Below are positions 26,215-37,100 of a DNA stretch of 64,000 nt, one piece after another. A program made the position numbers and the translations under genes. Positions within the stretch are counted from its first letter, which is position 1. Each line of letters begins with the position of its first letter. Below the pieces are notes generated by a model. That model was not told where the DNA came from. It was given only the letters and a program-made list of their open reading frames with translations, and made no database searches. The stretch is from Podarcis vaucheri (taxonomy: Eukaryota), in the NCBI GenBank assembly GCA_965113315.1, contig OZ220368.1; one strand, written 5' to 3'.

Positions 26215-26991
26215 CTACTTAGTAGCCCAAGCCAATTTCATCTTCTGGCTGTGAGCTTTGGAGGATTTAGAAAACAAACTTTTCACTATCTGAAGGGGGA
26301 CAGACTTCCCACTGAGGTACACTTTGTTATGGCAGTCCGGCAACCAAGGCCCTTCACTTGAGTCTTTGTGTTCATCATTTTTGAGCATATGGACGTAGGC
26401 AATAATGTAACCTGTCATGAAGGCATCAAAGCCAGCCCGGTGAATACCACCCTCTGAACAGCCAGGCACTGGTGCCACTGGGTTCTGGGTGCCAGACAAA
26501 GCCGTCACTACAGAAGCACACTCTATCTGGACTTCTGGTCCTGATCCTTCAGTCCCTGCTGCCCTTTGTTGTGGCCCATCTTTGGATGGTGATAAAGTGA
26601 TGCCCTCATTGTCTGTGGCACTGGCTTGTTCCTCATCCATCTTGGTATCAGTTGCCGTGTCAGAGCCTAGTTCTCGTTCTACATCCATAGAACTCTCCTC
26701 ATTACTGGATACAGTTTCTGTGCCTGCAGAATCTACAGTAGGAGCAACCATGTTGCTTAAACAGGACTGCTTAGATGGGGGACCGTCTTCCATATTGCAA
26801 GCCGCCTCTCCTTCCTTCTCAGGGCTTCTCAACACAGGTTCCTTTGAGGGCTCTACAAAATTCTTCCGGTGCTTCCACTTCTGCTTCCTTTTCTTCCGCT
26901 TGTCCTCTTTGTGGTTCTCATCTTCATTAATTATTAGGTCAATGTTGTGAGACTGTGAACACTTCAATCCATCTGGGCACCAGCCATAGGC
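26215..26991 (-). CDS. TOE1: TOE1 terminal coding exon
   Basis: ctgcag acceptor; AYGWCP...[11 protein letters not shown]...WATK*. Confidence 0.95.
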   Translation of the reverse strand, partial: AYGWCPDGLKCSQSHNIDLIINEDENHKEDKRKKRKQKWKHRKNFVEPSKEPVLRSPEKEGEAACNMEDGPPSKQSCLSNMVAPTVDSAGTETVSSNEESSMDVERELGSDTATDTKMDEEQASATDNEGITLSPSKDGPQQRAAGTEGSGPEVQIECASVVTALSGTQNPVAPVPGCSEGGIHRAGFDAFMTGYIIAYVHMLKNDEHKDSSEGPWLPDCHNKVYLSGKSVPLQIVKSLFSKSSKAHSQKMKLAWATK

Positions 26992-29900
26992 CTGCAGGGG
27001 AGAGTGAGAATCATTAGCACACTTGAGAAAATATCATTGGATCTTAGATACCCTACAGTAGTGATTCTCAAACTTGGGTCTCCAGCTGTTGTTGGACTAC
27101 AGCTCCCATCATCCCTAGCTAGCAGAACCAGTGGTCAGGGATGATGGGAGTTGTAGTCCAACAGCTGGGGACCCAAATTTGAGAAACGCTGCCCTAGAGC
27201 AACTTTCAACATTAACTTCTGGATATTTATCACATTTGTGAGATTGTGCCATGCTGATTAACCGGAAAATAGCAATATTAAAAGGCTATTCTGGATCATC
27301 CAAACCTCATGCATTACTTGCAGGCTTCTGGGCTGAGCCACTGTTGGGAAAATATACTGGACTAAATGGACCTTTAGCCTGACCCAGCAGGTCTCTTGTG
27401 TTCCCTAGTAAGCTCCCAGATACCCTCATTATTAAAAGTTAGCACCTCTCCATTTTTATCAGAAAGCTGCAGAAAGAGGTACCATGCTTTAAAATTGACC
27501 ATAATAACAGCATAAGCATTTGCCTCCCACTGCCACACACACATCCAGTCCAAGAGCCTGTCTCTCATCCTAGGCAGCTTGCCCTCATAGTCCCTATCTG
27601 AGAATATCCACCACACTGAATGAACCAGTTACAATTTACTATTTGACAAACTTTCAAGATAGAAGGTAGAGAGAAGTAATACTTACAGAAAACGTCTGAC
27701 AGATGGTGACTTTGTTTGCAGGGTCAAGCCCAGACTGGCTGGCATCTGATAGGGAACAGAAGCGATAATCGATGTAGGAAGCTATGCTGTCTGGATAGTT
27801 GCAGAACTCTATGCTGAGGTGCTGCTTTTCTGAATTCTTCAACCTGTAGTTTTCTCGCTTGCTGGAAGGCAAGAATAGCATTAGAACCTGGAACAGAGGC
27901 TGTGTCAGAGCAAGGAGGTCAACTGCCCTTCAGCACAGGCTCCTCTATGTACTCACAGGAAAGCCCCCTGCATGTAGAAAAATGAGCTAAAGCAGAAATA
28001 AGAATATAAAAGATACATAGAAGAGAAGCGCAGACACATGAAAATGCTATCAACACAGCTGCTTGTTCCCCTGACTGCCAGATACCTGGAACACCCTAAC
28101 AGGGTATGAGCATCTTCCCAAACTAGTACTTTTCTCTAAGCAGAAGGCAAACATCTCATTTGATTATTAGAATCAGGGAGTGGAGAAATGGAGAAAAGGG
28201 AAGAGAAAACCTGAGGAGTTGTTTAGTCAGTTCCACACATTTCTACGTTTCTTCTGCTAGTAGCCAAGGACAACATGAAAAACTCTACCCCTTCATTCTG
28301 CTGCCACAGAGAACTTAAGACAGGAGCAATCTTCTACCGCATTAGGCAGACGAGACTGTTGCAGTCTCTTTTTCAAAGAACTTTTGCTTCGTGCCACATT
28401 TTGAAGATACTGAAAACTGAGTGAGAATCCTTCTTGCTGTATTTTAGTGTTTAAAGGCACAGCATGGAATGCGACTGACCCTTCATCTCTTGGGTCCTCT
28501 GCATGTGCCAAAGGAGTAGAGTTTGTGGAGACCATAAATTATGGCTAACTGCCAAGGCCAGTCAAAATTTTGTGGACTGGAATTAAGTAAAATACTTTAC
28601 TCAGAATCCAGGCTCTAGTATCAAATAGGAGATTTCAGTCTCCTAAGCTGTACAAAGAAATGCAACTCATTTTCATTATACATCTTTAGGCACCAGTTGA
28701 AAACTTTCCTCTTCAACCAGGCCTTTGGCTGAATGACACCCGATGCCCTTTAAAATGGGTTGTGGAAGGGGCGATTATTGGTTTGTTTTTGTTGATATTT
28801 CTATCATGTATTTTGTGTCTTTAATATTGTAATTTTATGTTGTGAACCACCCTAAGATCTACAGGTATAGGGCAGAATACAAATTTAGTAATAATAATAA
28901 TTTAAACTTATAAAGAATTTCTGCTGAAAGCTGTAGCAAGAGAACAACCTAAGACAAATGGCAGGCAAGTACATGCATGTGGAGTTATGAGTTTGTAGTG
29001 GAGCCTGGGGTTTAATTGAATCACAATTAAGATTTAACTGAATCACAGTATTTGCCCAAAATGCACATAAATAGAATAACCTATATGGAAAATAACAAAG
29101 TCACTAACTTGATATGGTATTCATACTTCTTGTCCTCCACCCTACACATTCATACCCAAATAAGACCCTTTTCCGGTAAAAATAGAAGAGCAGCAGTCTT
29201 GGACCCAGCAGTTGTGTTCTCCTTACTCAAGCCCAGGAGCAGCATTCAATGATGTATGCCTGCTTACCCAACAGAAATCAGCCTGTGCAATGGAACTTCC
29301 AATTTCTATTCTACCTCCCACACCCATGTGCTCCTAAAACCTGGTCCCTCAAATCTCCAGAGTAGATTTTGGGAATACATGGGGAGGTGAAGGGGGGGAG
29401 GGGAGGGAGGAAAAGCCTTATGTGATCAGGCAAATGTCCACTTGTGCTACGATGGATCTCAGCCCAAGAATCCTTGTCAGGGTGCTTACAGCTTGACCTG
29501 GCAAGAGATACCTACCATTTCTTGTAGGCATACTCCAGGTAAGAAGCCACAAAACGTGCCTCAAACTCGGAAGCATACTTGGTGTCATAGATTCCAGCTG
29601 GGAACATTTCTGAAAGATCAGCAGTGAAGGTGCCCAAATTGTCAGGAAGGTGAGCATAAAAGCACTGGTACAGGAAAACCAAATCAATTAGGCCATTGTG
29701 CAGAATGAGGGGCTTCTTGGCTCGGATCAGTTCCAGGAAAAAAGTACGGACAGTCTGGCTGTGGTTTTCATTTCCCTGTGAGAGAGCAAAGAGGGGATAA
29801 GGTTAGCTGGCCTCATTTCCAAAGCCTGCACTAGTTTCTCTGATATGGGAACAGCCTGGATGAAGATGAGCCTCAGAAGTGTTGGGCGGTCAATGTAGGC

Positions 29901-31992
29901 AAAGGCAGCAGAGGTAAATGCAAAAGAGGGTGGCATTGATCCCCTGGAGTTTCCTCCACCTGTTTTGATGGTACAGGTCTACAGGCCAAATTCTGCCACT
30001 GCTTATGGATTCATGACCCAGGTCCTAGGGCAGAACCACCACACCTAGTTTTCGCTGAGCTACAGCCTGGAAAAGGCAGGATGCCCACCACCACTCTCTC
30101 CTGAACTCTAGGCAGAGATGGTGCTTTATTCATCTACCTGAACTGTCAGATGAAAGTGCAGGACATTTCCCACCCCTTCAGCTCAGACCCTGGTATGTGT
30201 TCCCAGGCTTATTTCTGTGAGGGCAGTTCTCCAGCTCAATGGTGAAACCAGCTCTGCCTGGCTCCAAAGCTTGTTTTAGCAACAGGCAAATCCCAGGTGC
30301 TTCCTTTCTGTGGCTGCTAGCAAACTGACTCTTCCACAGAAGCTCCACAGAACTACTTTGACTAGGTGGTGGCCATGGTGGTGCAGCATCAATTCAGCCC
30401 CATGGCACTGAAGTGTGAAATGCATTATGGGTTGTTAATTGATGTTAATACAGTAAAAATATTTTTTTAAAATACATGTGGATAATTTTGATTAGCAAAA
30501 GAAGTGTGAAATGCAAATGAAGCCAAGCAGGTATTAAGAAAGAAACCAGTTACTTTCTCATTGTGGTCTCACCTCACTTATACCTTACAGTAAAGAGTCC
30601 CCATACCTTGTCATTGCCTCTGTGATAAGGAATGCCCTGAGAATACTGCTTGTTGAAGTCAAAGCCATGTTGCACCAGGAACTGAACTGACTGTGGTTCA
30701 ATGATATAATCCTCCATACAGAGCAGGGTCAGGTTGTAGATCTGGGAGAGGTACGTGTTCTCTGACTGCAAATACAGGCCAGTTCAAAGAAATTGAGAGC
30801 AGCACAGAAAAAGTGCAAACAGTAACATCGTAGAAATCATCAACTACTTCCTTTATTGTCTAAAATCAATACTGGTCACTTTATGCATCACTTTATGCAT
30901 TGAAGACTGAACCTTCAAAATGCCATCCTCTTATAAGCAACACATTCTTAACTAAGCAGTGGAATTAGGGTGAAAGCCAGACAATGAGCACTATACCTTA
31001 TCAGGAAGATGTTTGAAACAAGCAATTCCTAAAGACAAAATGGAGCGTGTTCTGGCAGCACTGCAAACAGATTTGTATCGTTCTTCAATACACCTGTGGG
31101 GAGAAGCTTCAGGCAGCTTAGAAGGAAATTTAGACCACTGAAACATAGCTTCCCTATTGACATGACAAATTTCACCTTCCCATTCAAGATCAAGACCAGC
31201 CTGAATTTCGAAGCATATTAATAGCATGTGGGCCTGTCCCCCACAGCTTGCATATTTCCTGCCCTCAAAGAACTGATTACTCCAAATGGACAAGCACATC
31301 TTAAGCCATCCACACCCACACAGACTCAATGAACTGCTTCCACTGTGAATCCCAATACAGTAGGTCCATTCAACTAGTGTCTGGTATTGAGTCAGGGGAA
31401 ACAAAGACTCCTGAAAGTATCAGCAGACACTCCACACTGCTGTCCATACTCAAGGACCTAATAATTCAGAACAACAAGAATGAGAACATCGTGCTCTCAC
31501 AGAAGCAGCACTTTACTTACTGATTCAATAAACTCTTCCTTGTTCCAAGCCCACTAAGCTCCTATGAACAAAGATAACAATTAGATTTCCACTCCATGGT
31601 AGAATAAGTTATGTAAAATACCGGTAAGTTGTAGCTCAGTGTTGCAGTCTTTCATGTACAAGGTTTAAGGTTTAATCCCTGGTGTCTCCCATGCAAAGAT
31701 GGAAAACTCCTGTCTGAAACCCTGGAAAGCAGTATAAAGAATAGGTAGATAGACCAATGGAAAAATTAAAGAAAATGGCGTCAGCTTTCCCTAGCAAAGA
31801 CAGCAACCCAATTACCAACAAAGTTACAGTCCCTGCCCCTACCCTTTTTGAGAAATCACAAAGAAGGGCAACTCTACCCACCGTGTCAATAGCTATAAAG
31901 CTAGATGTTTTGATGGCCAAGAGCATGGATGGCCAGAGCTCCTTGAAATTATCATTCTGGACATCGATGACTGGTACTTTCAAGGAAGTCAT
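26215..31992 (-). CDS. TOE1: Target of EGR1 protein 1 (CAF1-family DEDD deadenylase); complement(join(26215..26991,27687..27861,29516..29775,30607..30765,30997..31093,31521..31561,31882..31992)), 539 aa
   Basis: [19 protein letters not shown]|[28 protein letters not shown] finger CQTFS|[15 protein letters not shown], basic [23 protein letters not shown]; all introns GT-AG and in frame. Confidence 0.96.
27059..27191. mobile_element. Palindromic hAT MITE
   Basis: Near-complete inverted repeat; 8-bp TSD ccctacag/ccctagag; degenerate relatives near 23225, 49200 and 58430. Confidence 0.8.
27687..27861 (-). CDS. TOE1: TOE1 coding exon (KRENYRLK...ICQTFS)
   Basis: ttccag acceptor, gtaagt donor. 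Confidence 0.93.
29516..29775 (-). CDS. TOE1: TOE1 coding exon ([31 protein letters not shown]...)
   Basis: cacag acceptor, gtaggt donor. Confidence 0.94.
30607..30765 (-). CDS. TOE1: TOE1 coding exon ([16 protein letters not shown]...GNDK)
   Basis: ttgcag acceptor, gtatgg donor. Confidence 0.94.
30997..31093 (-). CDS. TOE1: TOE1 coding exon ([10 protein letters not shown]...LPDK)
   Basis: cacag acceptor, gtatag donor. Confidence 0.94.
31521..31561 (-). CDS. TOE1: TOE1 41-nt coding exon ([14 protein letters not shown])
   Basis: catag acceptor, gtaagt donor; completes the DTE catalytic motif. Confidence 0.92.
31882..31992 (-). CDS. TOE1: TOE1 first coding exon ([12 protein letters not shown]...AIDT); exon starts at 32002
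   Basis: caacag acceptor at 32003-32005, ATG at 31992, gtgggt donor. Confidence 0.9.
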
Positions 31993-32435
31993 CCTTATGC
32001 AGCTGTTGGGACACAAGAGATTAGACATGCATAACTTTTAGAATCCAATGGTTAATTTTGCTTTGGGGATACCAATGACTAATTTAAAAAACCCCAACCC
32101 ACAGATTGCTCCCTGCATATATCAAATAACAACACCTCAGAAAAAAGAGACAACAGGAACCGCTGCTTTATATGGCAAAAAACCCAAGAGCCCCAGGTAT
32201 AGTAAATGCTTCATCTCGTTAAAGCTCAAACCAGAACTAGAACGGGAACAGTAAAAAGTCATCAGTACATGATCCATAACGTGCACGTTATACGTGAGAT
32301 CAAGTTTAAACCTCCGCTCCACCACCATTTCCTGGTCCCTGGCCACTAACTCGTTTAGGAGAATGCACATCGTCTGCACAAGAAACCGCTGAGCACAATA
32401 CCTCCCCCGGAAGGTGCTTTCGAAAGACCTCTTAC

Positions 32436-32520
32436 CTTCGAGAAGTGACACCTGCGAGTTACTTAGACAACCGCCATCTCCCTTGTCGTTCAACTCGCCA
32501 GCTTCCGGCGCGTCCTGCTC
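32436..32520 (-). other. TOE1: Probable non-coding TOE1 exon 1 containing a uORF (MAVV*)
   Basis: CpG-rich; GAAG|gtaaga donor at 32436/32435; GATGGCGG motif; 5' end approximate. Confidence 0.6.
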
Positions 32521-33350
32521 TCTGGGGTCCTTCCTCTAAGGGTGGCGCGTAGGCCTAGCTGTCTTTGCAAGTGCCTTTCGCCGGATCCAAACCCACTCAT
32601 TCTCCCCAGGCCCACAATCTCCTTAGCTCACCCAGCTGTTCACCAGCCCAGCTTTGCATGGCGAAAATGTACTCTGAAAATGATTTCTGGGCTTGGATAG
32701 GGTGGGATGTGTGAGTGTGTAAAAACTAGCCTACTGCACCAAAGTAAAATTCGCATTCATTGCTCTCTGCCCACGATTTGCATGTGGCGTCCGGAAGGTA
32801 GAAGGATAGCAATACTAAGGGCTGGAATCCTAACCCTACGTATCTGGGAGTGAGGCCCATTGAATTATGCAGGACTTACTTCTGAGTAGACATAGTTGCA
32901 ATGTGCTGTAAACTACCCCCTTGTTGTTCCCTACTGTATTCATTCTCACTCACTCGCTTTTGACCACAGCCCCACTTCTAACTTGCAACATCCGCGGTGC
33001 GCTACACTGCAGGGATGTTGTGAATGGATGTTGAAACTGCGCATTCTCTGCACGAAATGTTAGGAACAGCACGGGCGGGTTTTTACTGCCCAATCGCAGT
33101 TAACGCTAAAATCCTAGCTTTTCTGCATTGCCCCTATGGATACATTTCATTTCAACTCTGGACGAAAATGGCGCCAAAAGAAACCAGGAAGTTGGTCGTT
33201 GTGACTCAGTTTTTGTTCCGTCTTTGACGCCGATTGGCTTGATGCTGTCAGCCCCTTTCCTTGCGAGCCTTCCGCTTGCCGGGCTGAGGTTGTGCTTCGG
33301 TTTGATTGGTTCCACGCTAGACGGAAGGAGGTTCTGAGTTGGACGCGCGG
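32500..33350. promoter_or_regulatory. TOE1/MUTYH bidirectional CpG-rich promoter
   Basis: Head-to-head genes; CpG enrichment; YY1-like aaaatggcgcc (~33164), CCAAT boxes (~33090, 33232, 33304), ETS-like ccggaag/caggaagt. Confidence 0.75.
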
Positions 33351-33374
33351 AAAGAAATCAACAAAGAGACGAAG
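33300..33374 (+). other. MUTYH: Probable non-coding MUTYH exon 1
   Basis: GAAG|gtaggg donor just downstream of the CCAAT boxes; 5' end approximate. Confidence 0.5.
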
Positions 33375-33707
33375 GTAGGGATGTTACTCGTGGCCTCTCT
33401 AATAACACCGTTCTGAGTGTGAATGTGCATAGAACACTCCCTAGTGTGCATATTCCTTCGTGCATGTGATATGAGGAGCCGAGCCCTTTGGTTTTACTAC
33501 ACACGCAGCGGATGAGGTTACAGAAACTTGAGGTGGTAGAATGGACCATACCAGTTCAGGCTACGGATGAAGGACCCCGCAATGCTCCCCTATTGGGGAG
33601 CTGGGAGCTTCCTGCAGATAGAAAACTAGCACAATAAGGGAGTGACCCGTGTAGAACTTTTCTCTTTGATGTGTTAAATTTTGTACTTTCAAAGAGTTTT
33701 GCATAGG

Positions 33708-33731
33708 AGATAGATAGATAGATAGATAGAT
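33708..33731 (+). repeat. (GATA)n microsatellite
   Basis: gatagatagatagatagataga. Confidence 0.9.
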
Positions 33732-34036
33732 CTAAAGTGATGCAATCTATTACAGGAACTCAGGATTCATTATCTGTCTATTCTTGTATATGTAGAATAC
33801 ATCTATTAAGGAGTAATAAAGGCAGGTCTCTTATATCACTCTTCAGTTACCCTATAGTTCTGTATATCCATATTGTCAGCATTTATATTCATAGTTCTTA
33901 TTCACATCTTGCCACCTTGGTGGAATACAGGGTACTGTATACTGTGTAGAGTGTTGCACGTTTTGCTAATTTTGGATCTGGAGATGGTGAAGAGAAATAT
34001 AATTTGACAGTGGTACATTCTTTTTCTAGGCTGGCA

Positions 34037-34145
34037 ATGAGCAAACTCCAGTTGGCAACACGCAGCAAGCTAGGAATACAAAGGAACACTGGGAAACAAC
34101 AGAAATCGCTGAAGAAATGTGAAGGAAATACCACACTATACAAAG
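34037..34145 (+). CDS. MUTYH: MUTYH first coding exon ([11 protein letters not shown]...)
   Basis: ttttctag acceptor at 34029, gcaATGa, phase-1 gtgctt donor. Confidence 0.75.
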
Positions 34146-37100
34146 GTGCTTGGGTTACAAAAAGATTTTTTCGTCAGCGTAGGATGAAAGAAAATTGAAA
34201 GGAATTGTTTGAACCTGTTTTCAGGATCAGTTATTTTGTGGTAACAGCTATTGAACTCCCCTCAACTTTTTAGCTGGCTATGCATTCAAAGGCTGAATCA
34301 GAAGCTGAAGTTACAAATATCTCAGATTTAATGCATCACTGATTCCACAAACTGGCTTTGGGATAGATGGAGTTTTCCTTATGAAGGAATTAGAAAATGT
34401 TTAGCGTTGCTTGGCCAACAACACAAAACCTGAAAAGTTGTACCTTCCTTGCCTCCGTTCTTGTAGCATTCTTTGAACCAAATTTATTTGGTGACCTTTT
34501 TTTAAAAAAAAGAAACTTAGTTGAAACTTGTAGAGTCAGAAAAGTTTTCTGTTTTAGGATAGTGTGACATAAGCAGACACGGTGCTTGTTGTCTAGTTTG
34601 CCATCATAGGGGCTCATCTTCCTGCTTTGAATTTGTATGATACAGGGATGTGGAACTTCCAGGCTGGGGTCCAATATGATCCTCCAAGAATCTCTGTCAA
34701 GCCCATAGGACCCTGCCCAGGCCACACAACCTCCTGAGCCCCACTGCTCATAGCCCTGCTTTGCATCCTCCTTAAGTGTTTTTGCTAGCTAGAATGTGTC
34801 CTTGAACTCTGAAAATGCTTCTTGCTTGAGTTAGATGGAACATAGAGAATAATGTGTGAGTGTGTAAAAAAAAGTAGCCTACTACACAAAAGTAAAAATC
34901 CACATTCATTGCTCTCTACTCACATTTGTCTCTAGCCCTGCCCACCATTGGCATGTGGCCCCAAGAAGGTCACACAGAAGGGAATACGGCCCTTGGGCTG
35001 AGAAAGGTTTCCCCAGCCCTGGAAGAATAACATGGACAAAGGAAATATCTGCTGAGGACTTCTGTTTCTGAGGTTAACAGAAAGAGCAGATCTTTGGGGA
35101 ATATTTGTAGAGGGGTATGCCGGTAGGACTGCTGTTCTTCAACTGTCTATCAAATACGTATTCCCCTCTGGCCCAGCACAGGTTTATCCACTGCCGTCTA
35201 CATTTGTACAACCCAATAGAAATTGCCACTGCAAAAATTGTAACTGGCCTCTCTTTGTTGCAGGAGTGCCCAGCCAACAGTCTTCATTCCACACCTTCAG
35301 CAATGCAGCTGAAATCAAAGAGTTTCGGAAGAGGCTGCTCACCTGGTACAACAAATGCAAACGAGATCTTCCTTGGAGGAAATTGGTATGGCATATTGTG
35401 CTGGGCTTCTAGGATGCACAGAAATATCTCGGAAGAGAGAGACAATTGCTTTGCTGTGTCCTGTTCCCTAAAGTCCCCTGTTCACTCTTCTACAGGCTGC
35501 AAGTGAAGATGATGCCGACAGACGAGCATATGCTGGTGAGAGCAAGAACTCTCAGTAATTCTGCTGGGGATTCCTGCCATCTATCTGCATTCAGGGGTGC
35601 TCTAGAGATAAATGCCACAGGCTGCACACAACACTGTGCTAGTGGTAGCTGTAACGTGGTGGTATCAGTTTAACTGCTGAGAAAAATACTTTGAATTGTG
35701 GCTCCTTAGTCCAATTAAGGACATTGGTGTTCTACATTGCTAGAGATCCCCTAGTCAGATCATGGCACTTGACTTTTGGCAGCAGTGTAATATTTAAGGG
35801 GCAAAATAGAACTGCATGCAGAACTCGTTATCTCTAGCTAAACATTCCCCCTGGGATACAAAAAGGTTGCTTAACCTCTTACAATTGCCTTTAAAGTATA
35901 TTGAGCAGCACATCCCCTCCCATTTGCCATGCAGAGCAAGGAAGGTATCAGAATCCCTGATGCACCTGCTTTCTCTTTGTGCCTGCAGTGTGGGTATCAG
36001 AGATAATGCTCCAGCAGACCCAGGTGGCTTCAGTGATCAACTACTACAATCGCTGGATGCAGGTGATGCTGAGATCCTTTTCTCTCTGTGGCATGCTTTG
36101 TTGTGCATTAGCTCCTGAATTCTGGATCTTGTATCCATTGTGCTTTGGAGACCTTGTAAACACATCCCTGTTTTCCTTTTTGATACAGAAATGGCCAACC
36201 TTGCAGGACCTGGCTCAGGCTTCACTAGAGGTAAGAATGAGAATGCAATATTTTGTGTGTGTTCATGCATGAATATTTGAATGGAACATGCAGCTTTGCT
36301 CTCCCCCCCCCCTTAAAAAAAAAAGATTTAAATACATGTTTTTAAAAAATACTGAAATACCCCCAAAAATCCACAAAAATGAAATAGCAAAAAAATAATA
36401 AACTAAGCAAAAGCAAAAATTATTGGTCTGGTCTAATATTTTTTTCTAACTCTTTCTATTTGGAAATAGGAGGTGAATGAGCTATGGGCAGGGCTTGGCT
36501 ACTATTCCCGAGGGAAGCGACTCCAGGAAGGTGCACATAAGGTACTCTATAGACAGTGGGTCAAGACACAAGGCAGTTTTGCAAGAAGATAGTTTCTTTT
36601 ATGTCCTGTGCTTACAGAAAGAAAGATTTTCTAGTAGCCACTTAGGAAAGAACCAGGTGCAAAATAACTAGCTACTGTAGCTATTGTACTAACTAGTCTA
36701 ATTGGGAGTTCAGGTAGGAATAGCAAAGTGTTATTAGATAGCAAGGTGGGAACCCCAAATAGTTTACTTTTGAGGTCCTAAGATGAGTAGCTTCCTAAAA
36801 CTGAGGGTATAGTTTGTAGGAAATGTATATCCCAAATCCCCTAATGTTTGTATCCCACCCTTCCTTCCAAGAGGCAATGGGCAGTATTTTAGTCTCATGA
36901 TATCTTATCACCAGAAAGCCCACCTTCTTCTTAATGTGCTGCTCAGGTTGTGCTATAGAAACACAAAGCTCTGATACTGCTTCAGGATGCAAGGGCATCC
37001 CAATTGTTAGCCCCATCTGCAATGGCAAGTCCTTCTTCAGTGAAAGCCAACCTACTTCTATTGCAGTAGAGCAGAGGGCTAGGAAGGTTCTGCAATAGCT

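Noticed and set aside
26489-26950. 153-aa plus-strand ORF
   Set aside because: Antisense shadow of the TOE1 terminal exon.
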